The position numbers were made by a program, and so were the translations under genes. A DNA stretch of 64,000 nucleotides from Camelus ferus. Its lineage: Eukaryota. Where the stretch lies: contig NC_045707.1 of assembly GCF_009834535.1 (NCBI RefSeq), positions 61,134,001-61,198,000 on the forward strand, in the 5' to 3' direction. Shown here one piece after another: positions 1 through 12,719 of this stretch; positions within the stretch are counted from its first letter, which is position 1, and each line of letters begins with the position of its first letter. The notes below the pieces were generated by a model. It worked only from the letters and a program-made list of their open reading frames with translations. It was not told the DNA's origin and searched no databases.

Positions 1-647
1 TCTCTTTTAAACTGTCTTCAAACTTTATGCAGTCTCCTTCGGATGCTGCCTTCCAAAGGATGAACCTTCTAACTCCTTAGGGATTGTACCCTAGCTTCCT
101 GAACATGTGGTCAGTAACCCCAGGGGCTGAGTCATTCTCTGGTGAGGCTGGGATCCAGTCTTCACTGAACACAGTCAGCCTGTGGTCTACCTGGCCTTAA
201 TCGTCTCACTACTTTAATAAAGAGAATGAATATTCATTTCCAGTTGCAGTTCTGGGTGGGGAAAGATTGGTTTTATGGCTGAATGCCACTAAGGAAACTT
301 CCCTGGGGGGAAAAAAATTAAACTGAATTCATGGTCTTTCCAGAAGTCCTGCTGTGAAATAATCTTCTTTTGAAACTGTGGGACATAATAAAAAATAATA
401 CCAATACTTTGGTCTTCTTTCAAACTACTGCTTTCCCAATAGTTACTCCTTTTGGCAATTTTAAACCACGTAATATTTTTTTCCCTATGGCCAGATTATG
501 GTATCTGTTTTGTATTATTTTTGATTCTTTATTATTTATGGATATTTGAATTTCCTGGATAAGAGAGATAATATTCTTCATGATTTTAATTGATTTTATT
601 TGTTTATTTACTGCAGCTTTATTAAATCAAAGGCCTTAATCTAAGGG

Positions 648-1130
648 TGTGGTAGGCTGAATACTGGCCTCTAAAGATATCAGACCTCAATCTTTGGAAT
701 CTATAAATGTTACCTTACATGGAAAAAGGGCCTTTTTAGGTGCAAATAAGTTAAAGGTCTTGAGATGTGGAGGTTACCCTGGAATATCTGTGTGGGCCTT
801 AAACACCATGACAGGTGTCTTCACAAAGAGAGGCAGAGGAAGGTTTGACAGATAGAACAGGGGAAGATAATGTGAGCCATAGCAACTGAGACTGGATGAT
901 GTGGCCACAAGCCAAGGATTGCTGGCAGCCACCAGAAGCTGGAAGGGGAGAGAAACAAATTCTCCCCTGGAGCCTCCCAAGGGAGCATGGCCCTACTGAC
1001 ACCTCAGTTTTAGCCCAGTGACATTGCTTTCAGACTTCTGGCCTTCACAGCTAAGAAAGAAGACATTCCTGTTGTTTTAAGTCACCAAGTTTGTGGTCAT
1101 TTATTACAGAAGCCACAGGAAACTAACACA
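648..1130 (+). mobile_element. MaLR solo LTR (MLT1C/MLT1D-like)
   Basis: TG...CA termini (tgtggtaggctgaat ... ggaaactaacaca). Typical MLT1 motifs gccacaagccaagga, ccaccagaagctgga, gacttctggcct, ttttaagtcaccaagtttgtggt. Confidence 0.9.
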
Positions 1131-1939
1131 AAATGTAAATACGCTACTCTTAAATTTGGTTTGGAAAGATGCAGTCATCGGCAATACATGCTTAGAATGT
1201 ACTGAGTTCTGGGTTAGACCACGTAGAAGGCAGAGGAGAAGTAAAGGTCATTCTCTCTTTTAACAGCTTTGTGTCCCAGCTGGAGAGACGAAGTGGCATT
1301 CCCGAGACAAGAGCCGGTGAGACAGGGCAGCGTTATCATGAAATACTGCGTTACTTAAAGGCTCCTAAGAACTGATGAGGTTCAGAGGTGAGGTTCATGA
1401 GTCAATCAGTAACACAGAGAAAAGGTTTCCTTGAAGAGAAGGGAATACTGGGGTTATCCTTGAGCTGTAGTACAATGACTCGATATTATGCAAATACCGA
1501 GGTTGTTCTAAGGCCCATGCCAGCAGAGAGCAGGAGGTGGGCATTCCTGTGGAGGAGCGGATGGGTGAAGCAGAAGCAGAATCACACCTGGTGTGCACTG
1601 GGGGGCCAGGGACCATGTTCACGTCTTCACTGTTGACCTCTACCAGCTAGTGCAGGGCCTGCACGTAGAAGGTACTCTATAAATATTTGATAAATAAACG
1701 GATGATGTCTTTGTGGGATATCACCATTCTAGGGCAGCTGGCCCATGAGAACAAAAGACACACTTTGGGAAAAATGGGGAATTAGTTTGGGTTTGTAGAG
1801 GGGAGGTCAATCTGGAAGGGGAAGACAGGGAGAAGAAAGTCAAAGTATCAGAGTACCAAGATATTAAAGGAAAATTATTCCTGTAGAGGGTTTGAAAGGC
1901 ATTTAAGAAACACACCTTCCTGGCACTTTTTTTTTCCTT

Positions 1940-1989
1940 TAAAAAATAAAATAAAATAAAATAAAATAGACCAACCCCCCCCCCCCCCC
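1940..1989. repeat. (TAAAA)n microsatellite followed by a C15 homopolymer
   Basis: Read directly: taaaaaataaaataaaataaaataaaatag, then C run 1975-1989. Confidence 0.9.
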
Positions 1990-2919
1990 GATCTCCAGTT
2001 TTCCTGTGACACCGGGTTGGAAAAGATAGAAGTGAATTTGATAACCTCTTTGCAGGTTTGAATTGCCTTAGTTCCATCTGGATAGTGGAGATATTGATGG
2101 ACTTTTCGTAATCCAGCACCAGCCATCCGCCTGAGAATTGTGCCCCACACGTCATGGCTTCTGAAATCGAGAGGCTGTGTTTCTCTTTTATTTTCCTTCT
2201 CCTTCCCTGAGCCAAGCTGGACAACAAATGCTAGCAGTTTTACCAGGACAATTGGACAAATGCTGGCTGGTTGTTTGTTTGTTTGTTTGTTCTTCTTGTT
2301 GCTGTTTGGTGGTGCACCGAAGGCATTAACTAGCTTCCAAATGGTAAGAAACTTAAGACCTTTGAATGCCAAATCAAACCCCCAGAAGGGAGTTTCCATT
2401 CTGTGAAAGGCAGAGAGCTAGTTGTTCAATGACATGTTCTATTTCCACGGTGACAGTCCCCATGGCCAAATCACAGACACAGAAACTCTTGTCTCAATCA
2501 TGAAATTACTCTGGCGGCTGATGGGGTCTCTTTTACCTGTAGGGTTTTCAATCTCCTCTAGAAACTCCTTCTTCACAAAATAAGATGATAACAGCATATA
2601 TCATACAGCTATTACTTCTTGTTAATCAGTTAATTCTGAGTTGTACTTAACAAAGATCTTACCTCCTCCCCGATTATTCATCAAAATAAAGTATACTAAA
2701 CTCCAACAAAAGAAAATTATTGTTTTAGGTTGTACTCCCTTTCATGCAACTTCAAATCTTTTCCTGTTGGTCATTAAACCATCTTGTCAGCCAATAAAAA
2801 ATACTCCCTTATTCATAACCCTAAAACAAACAAACTCTTCCTCAATTCTGCTAACCTGTTATAAACCATTTTACTTTTCTCATGCTTTCATTGCTAGAAT
2901 TAATGAAAGCAAATTGATT

Positions 2920-3408
2920 CAGGAGGTTTTAGACTATTAAGGCAGTGAGTTGGCTTCTGCCTGTAAACCTGTTTTGTTGACCTATGTCATGTTTTTTCCC
3001 CCTAGCATTTAAACATTGGGAGATTTGCATAAAAATTTTTTTATTTCTCTTTCTCTTAACATTTTGGGAAACTGGAAGCCCTGGGCCCACATTTATACAT
3101 GGCAGTAGTCTCTTAGAATTGAATTTCAGTTTTTGCTTTTAGACAGGATATGCATTCTTCAGTTAACCACAGACACCACCACTCTTTATTGTCTCCAACT
3201 CTGAGATGAAGTGTCCATTGCATTTGCTATCATTGCTTCACTATCTTGTTTTCCTTAGATACTGGAAAGTTTCTCTGCAGTAATGCCTCTGTCAAATATG
3301 GGAAGTGAAAGATAGATTCAGGGGGCTGCATGAACTTCCTGTACTCACCTGTTTTATTCTTGTATGTTATCTGCCCGGCTCCTTTGGCGTCTGAGATTGC
3401 ATCCCCTG
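2920..3408 (+). mobile_element. hAT-Charlie DNA transposon (Charlie4a/MER102-like)
   Basis: Internal gggagatttgcataaaaat and ctgggcccacatt...catggca; terminal gttatctgcccggc...tgagattgcatcccctg resembles the recalled Charlie4/MER102 end. Confidence 0.7.
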
Positions 3409-3559
3409 ATCTGTATCACACTTTGTCAGCCTCTTAATTCTTCATTTCTTTATTAGATGGCTCTTTCCTTTTCATCCAATGTCACTGGTCCTAACTATCA
3501 CTCCTCACTTGATAGATCCAATGGCCTTTTGTTGGTTCTGTCATGGTTTTGACAATTGC

Positions 3560-4130
3560 CTCTGTGGATGATTCCAAATTTCATCCTTTCCTCTCATCTC
3601 CCTCCTGAGTTCTCATCCTGCAAAACAGCTCCAGAGGGGTCCTGCTGACCCCTGCATTTCCTGCCACACATCTAGCGTATTTACTTCATTGCTTCTTTCT
3701 CTGAGTGACATGATTGTCCTTCCAGCTGTTCAGGCACTTGACATTATTCCATGTCTAATCAGTCTCCATGTTTGTTCTTTCTTTTCTCTCCCATGATCAT
3801 TGTCCTATTCAAGTTCCTGTTACTTCTTTTTTTTTTAAGTTTATTGGTTTCATTATTTCAATCTCTCTTTCCTTCAGTCTGTTGTACATACTACTGCTTG
3901 ACTAATCTACCCTAAAAAATTCATTATTGATGCATTGATTAATTTATACAATAATTACTTAATGCCTGTAAAATGTGGTGTTTTTTTTTTTGTTTTGTTT
4001 TGTTTTTTCTTTTAAAAAGTCATCTGTTGCTCTTTACTGCTAACAGAATCAAGGTCACACTACCTATCCTGGCTTGGGAGCCCTGTACTGTCTGCCCCCA
4101 GCCTCTCTTTCTGGCCTCATCTCCTGCTAC
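3560..4130 (+). mobile_element. Degraded L2 LINE fragment
   Basis: Pyrimidine-rich L2-like phrases (tctcatctccctcctgagttctca; tctgcccccagcctctctttctggcctcatctcc). Confidence 0.5.
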
Positions 4131-4169
4131 TACCAGGTACAAATCTTTGCTCCTTGAGTTAGTGTCTGG

Positions 4170-4385
4170 GTGCACATAAGCATAAAGCCCTAGAGTCTGC
4201 CTTGATTGGATCTCAGCCTGACTACCTGCTGGCTGTGTGACCTGGAGCAAGTCACTTAATTTCTAAACTATAGTTTTTTTATTCATTTAATCCATAGAGT
4301 TATTTGAAGATTTAAAAAAATAATCAGGCATGTAATACAATGCCTGGTGTCTAGTAAGAGCACAATAAATGCTAGACATCATTAT
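4170..4385 (+). mobile_element. MIR SINE
   Basis: Core gctgtgtgacctggagcaagtcacttaa; tail tgcctggtgtctagtaagagcacaataaatgctag. Confidence 0.8.
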
Positions 4386-4399
4386 CCAGCCAAATCATA

Positions 4400-4750
4400 G
4401 TTTGCTGTACATTCTTATGTTATTTCTTCATCCTGGAATGCCTACCTCTGTTTAACTCTCCCTACACGTCTAAATCCTATTCATCTTTAAGGGCCAGGGC
4501 AGAGATGGTATGGTCTCTGTCAAGCATACTCTGAACCCTGCAGGTAGAAATGCTCTCTCTTCTTGCGTCCTTAATGTAGACATTAACACTTTATGATTTG
4601 CAAGAATGTATTATATACAGGTCTCACCTAACGGACATGCGATACAGTAGACTCTGATTCCTGGGATCTTAATCATGCCTTTGTCATCCATGGCACCCAG
4701 AGTGCCTTGTACAAAATAGATGCTCGATAACTATTCGTTGAATAAATAAG
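4400..4750 (+). mobile_element. L2 LINE 3' fragment
   Basis: tcctggaatgcc...aaatcctattcatctttaagg; ends tgctcgataactattcgttgaataaataa. Confidence 0.65.
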
Positions 4751-5149
4751 CATTCAGAGCGGGTATTTCCTTACAGTTCTCTATTTTTATTTAATTAAGA
4801 AAACATAAAGAAGTATCAGCCATTAGATTTAAGAAGCACAGCATATTTTTCAGTAATTTTCCCCCCGACTCTTATGTTTTAGGTATAACACAGGCATCTT
4901 TTGAGAAACTTATGTATCTATTGTTTATTCAAAATATGTACCCCACCTTTTTTTAAAAAAGGATTTCAAACAGCATGCAAATTAAGCCTTATGTATAAAA
5001 GGACAATTATGGCTCAAAAGAGAACAGAGACCATCTCAAAGGAACAGGCAGCAGATGCTATCAGGCACCTGGGATGAGTTAATTACTATACTTGGTAACT
5101 GGATTTGGCTCTGAGTTTTTTGGCAGCTAAAGCTGAAAGGAGACACATT

Positions 5150-5580
5150 GGGTTATTCATTCAGCAAACATTTGTTGAATATGTTTGATAAATGGGGTAC
5201 TGTGCTAACGCTGGAGATTCTAAAATGAATAAGCCTGCCTCCCTGGCATCAGCACATCACTTAGCTCCAGTTAAGTGATTGGAGGTCGGTATAAGGGGCA
5301 ATATGAACTCAGGAAAAGGGCACTGACGATGTTCGTAATGGGGGGTGGGGTGGTCAGGAACAGCTCATGTAAGGGGAGGGGCTTTCCCCAGAACATCCCG
5401 TGGGGGAAGTACCTTCCTGGTATAAGGCACAGAGTATAGAGAGACTGCAAGGCCTCAAAGGACATGTTTGCTGAGTGAAGCAGAGGGTGTGGGAGCAGCA
5501 GAAGTGAGGTGCGAGAAGCTGGTAGAATTCAGAATATGCTGGACTTGACACGTGATGGAAAGGAGTTTCACTGTCATTCT
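5150..5580 (-). mobile_element. L2 LINE 3' fragment
   Basis: Starts ttattcattcagcaaacatttgttgaa (reverse L2 tail), then a purine-rich L2 body. Confidence 0.6.
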
Positions 5581-5586
5581 CCTGGC

Positions 5587-5778
5587 CAGTGTTTTCCAAT
5601 GTGACTGCATGTAGGCATCACTGGGGAGCTTTGAAAAGATATATATATACACAGACTTACTGAGTTGGATTCTCCAGAGGTGAAGCCTGAGAATCTGTGT
5701 CTTCAGCCTGCTCCTTAGTCGCCTTTCATGCGGCCGGCCTTGACGCTGGTCTCTGGACCGGGTTTGCAGACCACCATA
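5587..5778. mobile_element. MER5-family hAT-Charlie MITE
   Basis: cagtgttttcc...catcactggggagctttgaaa...cctgagaatctgtgt...gtttgcagaccac. Confidence 0.6.
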
Positions 5779-6081
5779 GCACAGGGGAGAGAGACATGCC
5801 TGAAAGAACTGAAGCAGGGATCTGAGCGACGGGGACTTGAAAAACCTCCCTATGATGCAGAAGAGGGAGGGTGAACAAGGGTAGCCGTGAGTTTGGAAGA
5901 CAGGACCAAATATGGGTTTGTTTTGCTCCCTTTGATGAGAGCTTATCACATTGCCTGGCATGCATGGGACTCAAAAAAGTCACTGATTGTTAAACAGAAA
6001 AGCTGATTTTACTTACAGTGGTTGTGAGATTTCTGGGATCTAGCAAGTGGCTACATGGGGACACCTGAGCAGGGATGAGAT

Positions 6082-6260
6082 GTGGTAGAAAGACTCATGG
6101 AGTCACATAGTCCCAGGTACAGATTTCAGCTTCATCCCTGGCCAAGTTGTTTTCGGTCCCTCAGAACTTCAGTTTCCTCACCTAAGAGATGGGAATAATA
6201 ATCCATAACTCACAGGACTTCTGTGCCTATTAAATGCGGTAACACCTAAAGCATGGGGTG
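6082..6260 (+). mobile_element. MIR SINE
   Basis: cttcagtttcctcacctaagagatgggaataataat...tattaaatg. Confidence 0.7.
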
Positions 6261-6332
6261 GCAGAGAACTAGTTCTCTTTCTTCTCATGACATTCATTAA
6301 AAATAGTCAGGGATGCTTTCACTATCTGACAA

Positions 6333-6897
6333 ATAGTGGTTTTCTGCTGCTGTATTATCAGTCACACCAAACCTAGAGGTATAAAACAACAGCCATTTTA
6401 TTCTGCCCGTGAGGTCTGTGGGTCTGGGAATTCAAACAGTGCAGAGTTTAACAATGGCTTTGTCTCTGCCCTGCAATGTCTGGGGCTTCAGCTGGAAAGA
6501 CAGGCATGCCTGGGGGTGACCGGAGTGGCTGGGAGCTGGAACTATCTAAACGCACTTCACTCACATGTCAGGTGTCCAGGCAGGGATGGCGTGAAGGCTG
6601 GGTTCAGACAGGACTGTCAGTTGGAGAACCTACTTGTGGCCTCGATGTGTGGCGTGGAAGCTTCTGGTCATTTAGACAACGTGGGTCAGGGCTTCAAGAG
6701 TAAGTGTAACTATGGATAAGGTAGATATTGTGAGGCCTTTTATAATTAAGTCTCCCAAGTCATAGAGCATCACTTTAGTCATATTCTATTAGTTAAAGCA
6801 GTAACAAGCCTGCCCACACTCAAGGTGACAACACATAGATCTGACCTCTCAACAGGAAGACATATCAAAGAATCTGCAGCCATATTTTAAAGCACTG
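6333..6897 (-). mobile_element. MaLR LTR (MLT1F/G/H-like)
   Basis: aaaacaacagccattttatt...tctgtgggtctgggaattc; aagtcatagagcatcacttt...attctattagttaaagcagt...gcagccatatttt. Confidence 0.75.
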
Positions 6898-6979
6898 TTT
6901 ATCTGAACTTTAAAAAAAAAAGTGCACATAATTTTTATTACTTAGGTATTTGTCCTTATAAATAAGGGTATGATTCTTT

Positions 6980-7044
6980 TTCTTTAAATTGAAGTGTAAT
7001 CAGTTTACCATGTTGTGTCAGTTTCTAATGTCCAGCATAATGTT
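6980..7044 (-). mobile_element. Ultra-short L1 3'-tail insertion with TSD
   Basis: ttgaagtgtaatcagtttaccatgttgtgtcagtttctaatgtccagcata matches the L1 tail at ~16319-16370. Flanked by tgattcttt at 6971-6979 and 7045-7053. Confidence 0.75.
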
Positions 7045-7749
7045 TGATTCTTTCTTGATTGTGTTCTCTGTTGTCCAAGTGCCATCTACCCCAAATAGTT
7101 ACCCCAAGTTAGCTCACCCTTGCTTTTCTACTTTTCTTATGGATATTTAATGCAAACCCAGCCTTCATGTTGTTTTAGGCACTATTTACAAAACTTCGCT
7201 CCTTCTGGGATTCTTTATGAAGAGAATGTAAACCACGTTTTAAAACGAACAGACTCATCAAAGGGAAAGTAAATGAATGGAACCCTTTCTGGGATTGGCT
7301 AGGGACCATGGCAGGGAGACTCTTCATTTATTTGGCTTCAATTTCTCCAAGTGCTGGAGACAGTTAGAAAAACTGAGATAAAACGGGACACTCATTGTGT
7401 CTACTTACAGCTCATCACAGAAAAGTGATGCATAGTTAATGACCTTTTGTGACAACCTTATTCTTACAATCTAGTGGGGCCATATGTGCCCTGCAGTGAC
7501 AGATGGTCCCAATCTGCTGTTGCCAGATAATGGCTTGTTTAGAGGCTTGGGGTGACTGTGTGACAAGTCTGGGCTGGACCAGCTGTTTCTCCTGCAACTA
7601 AAGCGTGGTCTGGCTGAATGAATGTGGGCAACAGACTTTAAAAGACGTGCTCCTACTACACGGAAGTATCCATAATTTCTCTGGCAGGGGACCTGATTAA
7701 TATATTTCTTTAAACATATGTACAACATTCTTTATTTCCCCCCTAAAGG

Positions 7750-8150
7750 CACTGGTCTAGGGGTCAAGGGACCTGGATTTTAAGCTCATCCCATTGCTAA
7801 CTAGATGTGTAACCATGGATACATCACATAAATTCTCTGAGCTCCTATTTCCTAAAATGGGTCTGAGTGAGATCATCATTGAGATCTTCTAAACTTTTGC
7901 TCTTTTGAATCTTTGAATCCAGATTGTGGGCCTTAATGATTAGCATTCATGAACTTACCAGGTGTTAGGCTCACTGCTAAGTCCACACTAATGCTACTTT
8001 TAAAAAATAATCACAGTGGCCCTACGTGGCCATTATTATTATTTTAAAGATGGGAAAACTAAGAAACAGAGAGCCCAGTAACTTGTCTACAGCCAAATGG
8101 CTGGGACAAGGTAAAGCTAGAATTTGACCTGGCCTGTGTTCTGTATCCCC
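7750..8150. mobile_element. Two adjacent MIR-family fragments (+ then -)
   Basis: gacctggattttaag...ctctgagctcctatttcctaaaatggg; then attttaaagatgggaaaactaagaaacagagag...taacttgtc. Confidence 0.6.
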
Positions 8151-9627
8151 ACTCTATACTGTGTATCTGTGTGAGTTGAAAAAAAATAGGTAAGGCAAGA
8201 AAGAACCAAGATGGAAACAAATCAACAGATTGATTTTATGGCATCTCTATTTCCTCTCCTTGCTTTTTACTGTCAGTGTTCCTGTATTTGTGATAACCTA
8301 GGGTATGTGCCCTAATCCATTTCAGGGCCCCACCATCTGGGTACTTGCCTCCCCTGTGGCACCGAGCAAACCCTGAAGAACCAGGCTCCTGGGGTTCCCA
8401 TGTTGTGTGTTTGGAAGCACCCTATTCATGTGCAACGTTGGGGGCACTTTGGTAGGGAGTAGGGCTGGCCATGGGACAATGCTCTTTCTTAGAAAAAAAA
8501 CAAAGAATCCACAGGACGCTGCTAATATATCTCTGTGTTCTTAAGTCACATGTGCAGATTTGTCATCTCTTAAGCCCGCTTTATTTTAGTTCACATTTCT
8601 GAAACCTCTTATTATATTAGCCTTGTGTTTCCTGGTCATATGAGTTTTGAGACAGTGATCCCTTTCTGTGAAGAATGACCTCATTCTCCTCATAGAGAAA
8701 TTACTTTGGCATTTGAGCAAATAGGAATCCACTTGAAACCCAAGTCGCTTCTCTGATTGTGGTAAGCTTCTCCACTCGGAGCTCTGCAATGTTTTGCTGT
8801 GTCAAGTTATATTTTTCCCTAGGCTCAGGTTTATTTTAAGAATATAATGTAAATATTGTTTAAATCAGTCCTTCCGCACCAAGTACAGGGTAAAAGACTT
8901 GGTCATGCTGTGAAAAGGAGACTAGATATTTAGTCGACTTTGAGGTTGGAGAATAGACTCTTCTAAATTTAGATCAGCTCGATTTTCAACCGGGATCTGA
9001 GTCTCAAGAGACATTTTGTGGATATTGCCAAATATAGTAAGGGTCCTGGGAAGAAGGAGATACTATGGCTCCTATGAAGTGCTGCCAGGCTTTTGGTATA
9101 TTAGTTGATCATTTTACTTTGGTCATTTACCCTCTCATCTAGCATCATTAGGTTTAGTCCCTCTTGTGCCTGGCTTGGGGACTATCGGAGACTCCTTAGA
9201 AGCCTGCAGGAAAGAATGATGGTGTTTAACTGGAGGCGAGATCTTTCAGACTGTGTTGACATTATTTAAAAAAAAAAAAAAGCCAGCCCCAGGGCATGCA
9301 GGAGGGGATAACAGAAGACCATCTGGATTAGAAAAGAGAAAAGTTGAGTCTGCAAGGCAAGGCTGGTACCTCCATTTCATGAGGTTTGAGGGAAGCTCGA
9401 CTAGAATGAGATACATTAAGTTAGCCTTTTAAATTTAGAAAGTGGTACTTCTGTGAAGTACACCACTGCCTGTGTCTCACACCCACAGTTCATAGCAGTC
9501 CAGGGATTATGTTATAGATCAATTACATTGACCGATCTGGCCAGGTCAATAAAGTTGCTGTAACCACGCGTACTGTCTGTGGAATGTTCCATTCAGGTTG
9601 GTGCTCTCTGGCCTTCCGTCATGATGT

Positions 9628-9831
9628 CAGGGTTTCTTAACCTTGACGCTCCTGGCATTTGGGGTCAGTCAATTCCCTGTAGTGGAGGAGGCTGCCCTGT
9701 GCTTTATAGGATGTTTAGCAGCATCATTGGCCTCCAGCCCCTGGATGCCAGTTGCATCCTCCAATATGACAATGGAAAATGTCTCCAGATGTTGCCAAAT
9801 CATTGCCCTCCTCCCCCACTGGAAATCACTG
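9628..9831 (-). mobile_element. MER20 hAT-Charlie MITE
   Basis: cagggtttcttaacct...ctgccctgtgctttataggatgtttagcagcatc...aaaatgtctccagatgttgccaaat...cactg; reverse-complement homologue of 61136-61356. Confidence 0.9.
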
Positions 9832-10569
9832 CATCAGATTCACCCTGACCCACATAGGACTGAAAGTCTGTATGCGTTTGTGTGTAACATGGGCCCACAG
9901 GCACACACATGAACGTACACTTCTTTCTTTTTCTAAGGTGTGAAACTAATAGCAACCACTTACACACAACCAACTTTGCATAAATGGAACGTTAACAAAA
10001 ACTCTTATTTAGTAAAATTATGCTACCTCCTCCCCACTTGAAAAGCTGACTCATCTCAAAGAATGGTGTGAAACCAGGAATGATCTATGGCAGATTGTAA
10101 TTGGAGCTGAAGAGAGGCTGTTAAACCAGACCTGCAAGGCCTTCTTCTGTTGAGAGGTGATTCATGGAGTGAAATCTGAGAAAACAACGTAAACACTTCG
10201 TTCCACCAAGGCACTCCTACGGCTCTTAGAAGAATTGTTGCTGAATTTTTGGAAAACCTAGGGATACGTTTAATGGTTTGCCCTGGTTTATTTTGTTTAG
10301 TTTTCCTTCAGGTAAAAATCACTGTTTGTTTTGAGTTAGGGGAGGAAGTGAAGACAGGGAAAAGAACCCCTGAAGGAAGTTTCAAGGACAAGTGAAGGAA
10401 GAGATGTTTGTGGCTTGGGACAGATCATCAAAATCATAGAACCCAAAGATGGGGAAAGACTTTAGAAGGCTGGTTGCTCATCTGCCTTAACTCCACTGCA
10501 ACAGTTCACATCAGGGTCACCAGGACTCTGTACGGATTGACAAACCCATGGCCAGTTAGTTATCTGTCC

Positions 10570-11690
10570 TTATCCTGGAGAGCACTTGACATTGTTGGTT
10601 GTGTCCTCTTCAAAACACCGTCTTGTCTAGGGCTCCTTATCATCTTACTCAGAGACCTTTCCATTTGTCTCATTTGCAGGCTCTTCTCTAGAAGCCGGTA
10701 ATACTGGAGTTTCCCAGAGCTGTTTCTTTTCTTTCTTCTCTCTTGAACTGATTTTACCAGGTCCCAGTGACTCTCACATATATACTTCCAACCCAGAATT
10801 CTTCCTTAAGCCTGACTTATATGTTTGTTTGTCTTCTTGACGTCTCCTCTTGGATGTCCAATGGGCACCTCAAATTTAATATGGCCAAAAGCCGCCTGAT
10901 TTCCACCCCTCTTTCTAGTCCATACCTCACAAGTCTTGCCCATGGTGATCTGATGCCCCACTGAGTATTCAGGCCCCATCTGGGATGCATCCTTCATTCC
11001 CCTCTTCTGCTCACACTCATACCAAATCCTTCAGAATCTCCCATCAGTACCACTTCTTAAATGTAACTTGAATTATATCACTTTTCTTCAACTCTAAGCT
11101 CCAAGCTCTGGTCCAAGCTCCCAGCGTCTCTCAGTTGATCTTGCCTCTGCTCTGCCCACCTGCAGTCTGTGCTCTTCACAGCATCGAGAGTGACCATGTG
11201 TATGTCAAACTGAGCTCTTTCCTGCATGAGCCCTTCAATGGCTTCCCATTATACCAAGAATAAAATTGAAACCCCTCTTGCATTACCAGCAAGTCTTAGA
11301 GGTTCCAGTTCTTGGCTCCCTCTCTGGCCTTATCACCCTGCATTCTGTCCCATTCCCTGTCTCTCTAGCCAGTTTTGGCCTTTTTTCTACCCCTTGAATA
11401 GACATCAAGTTCACGCCTATCTCAAGGCCTCTGTGCTATTTCCTTCTGCCTAGACTGCTCTTCCCCAGATCTTGATATCGCTGCCAAATTCTTGTCATGC
11501 AAATCTCAACCAAAGGCTCCTCTTTATCATAATATCCTATTTCTCTTCCTCATAGCGCTGATCAGTATCATACAATACCTTGTTTGCTTACATGCTTCTT
11601 GTCCATCTCTTTCTCACAAGAAGGGAGGCTCCTGGAGACACTGTCTGTTTTCTCACTGCCTGGCAAATAGTAGGTGTTTAATAAATACAC
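10570..11690 (+). mobile_element. L2 LINE, ~1.1 kb 3' portion
   Basis: gtctcctcttggatgtccaatgggcacctcaaatttaatatggccaaaa; ccttcaatggcttccca; ends gcctggcaaatagtaggtgtttaataaatac. Confidence 0.85.
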
Positions 11691-12209
11691 CCGCATTGCC
11701 TGGCCAACATACCACAACACAGTGAGACACAGCCACATTCTGACTACAGGCTTGGCTGGCTAAAGGGAAGTAGCAAAAGGGAAGTTGGCTGGTTCAGAAA
11801 AAGCTTATTCCTGTATCTCATGGGTGTAGACAGGGGAATGACGGGTCTAAATCTTAGATGCCCTTTAAAATGTTTGCCTTTGATATCTGAGGGCAGGAGC
11901 CATCCCCTAAATTGGGCTGACATATTGAATAGTATTCAAGCATCTGTGTACTATGCCTTAAGATTTCTCTTCTTGTTATTTCCAATTAGTGTAAGTAGAA
12001 GAGTAAATTGGTCCTCATTGGTTTAGATTCCCAGAACAGACCCTCCCACCCCCCATTTTTAAAATAGAAAACACAATCCCCCAAAAAGGTTCCATTTTCC
12101 CATCACTGTATTTCCATAAAGGGACAGGAAATTCATGCCAGGCCCTAGGAAGGCAGATCTTGGGATGCATTCTCCCAGGTCCTCTCAGCCTCTTCACCCA
12201 TGCTCATTC

Positions 12210-12338
12210 AAGCAGGACTCAGCTGATTGGTCTGAGAGGAGGAACTGAGCATGCTCAGCTAAGCCCCTGCATGTCTCTTATTCCGTCTGTCTGTCCACTG
12301 AAATGTGCAATCTCATCTGCTCTCTGCCACTAGGTAAG
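12210..12338 (+). promoter_or_regulatory. Candidate promoter or alternative first exon
   Basis: Unique sequence with inverted CCAAT (ctgattgg), palindrome ctgagcatgctcag, and donor-like TAG|GTAAGC at 12333. Motif evidence only. Confidence 0.35.
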
Positions 12339-12719
12339 CTGTCTGCTCTGGGCATGGCCTATGGATATTGAATGATGACACTGACTAGGGGGAGAAGGCT
12401 GCATAAAGGGGCCTCACATAAGGAGTCAGTCACACCCTCCTGTCCCCCTTATCTGTAATAAATGCATCGTGACTTCTTTTGGTCTCAGGCCTGTGTCTGT
12501 TTCTCTGTTGGTTCTGAGTCTGTGCAGGTAGAGTGCTGTCATTTATGGTCCCTCTTAAACTCTAAGTGAAAGGGATGGATTCAGTCTTAAAAACTCCAGT
12601 TTGAAACGTGCCGATAGATTGCAACAAGTATTCAGAGTTTTTCTGCATCCTGACAGCCGTAACTTTTAACCATAAGTTCAGACTTCCAGATAATTTTGTA
12701 CAGAGACAACTGATATTCC

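Noticed and set aside
1721..2406. Longest ORFs in the window (168 aa and 174 aa minus, 88 aa plus)
   Set aside because: The two long ones run through the (TAAAA)n and poly-C tracts, and (TTTG)n lies in two of the three. No recognisable domain or convincing exon structure.
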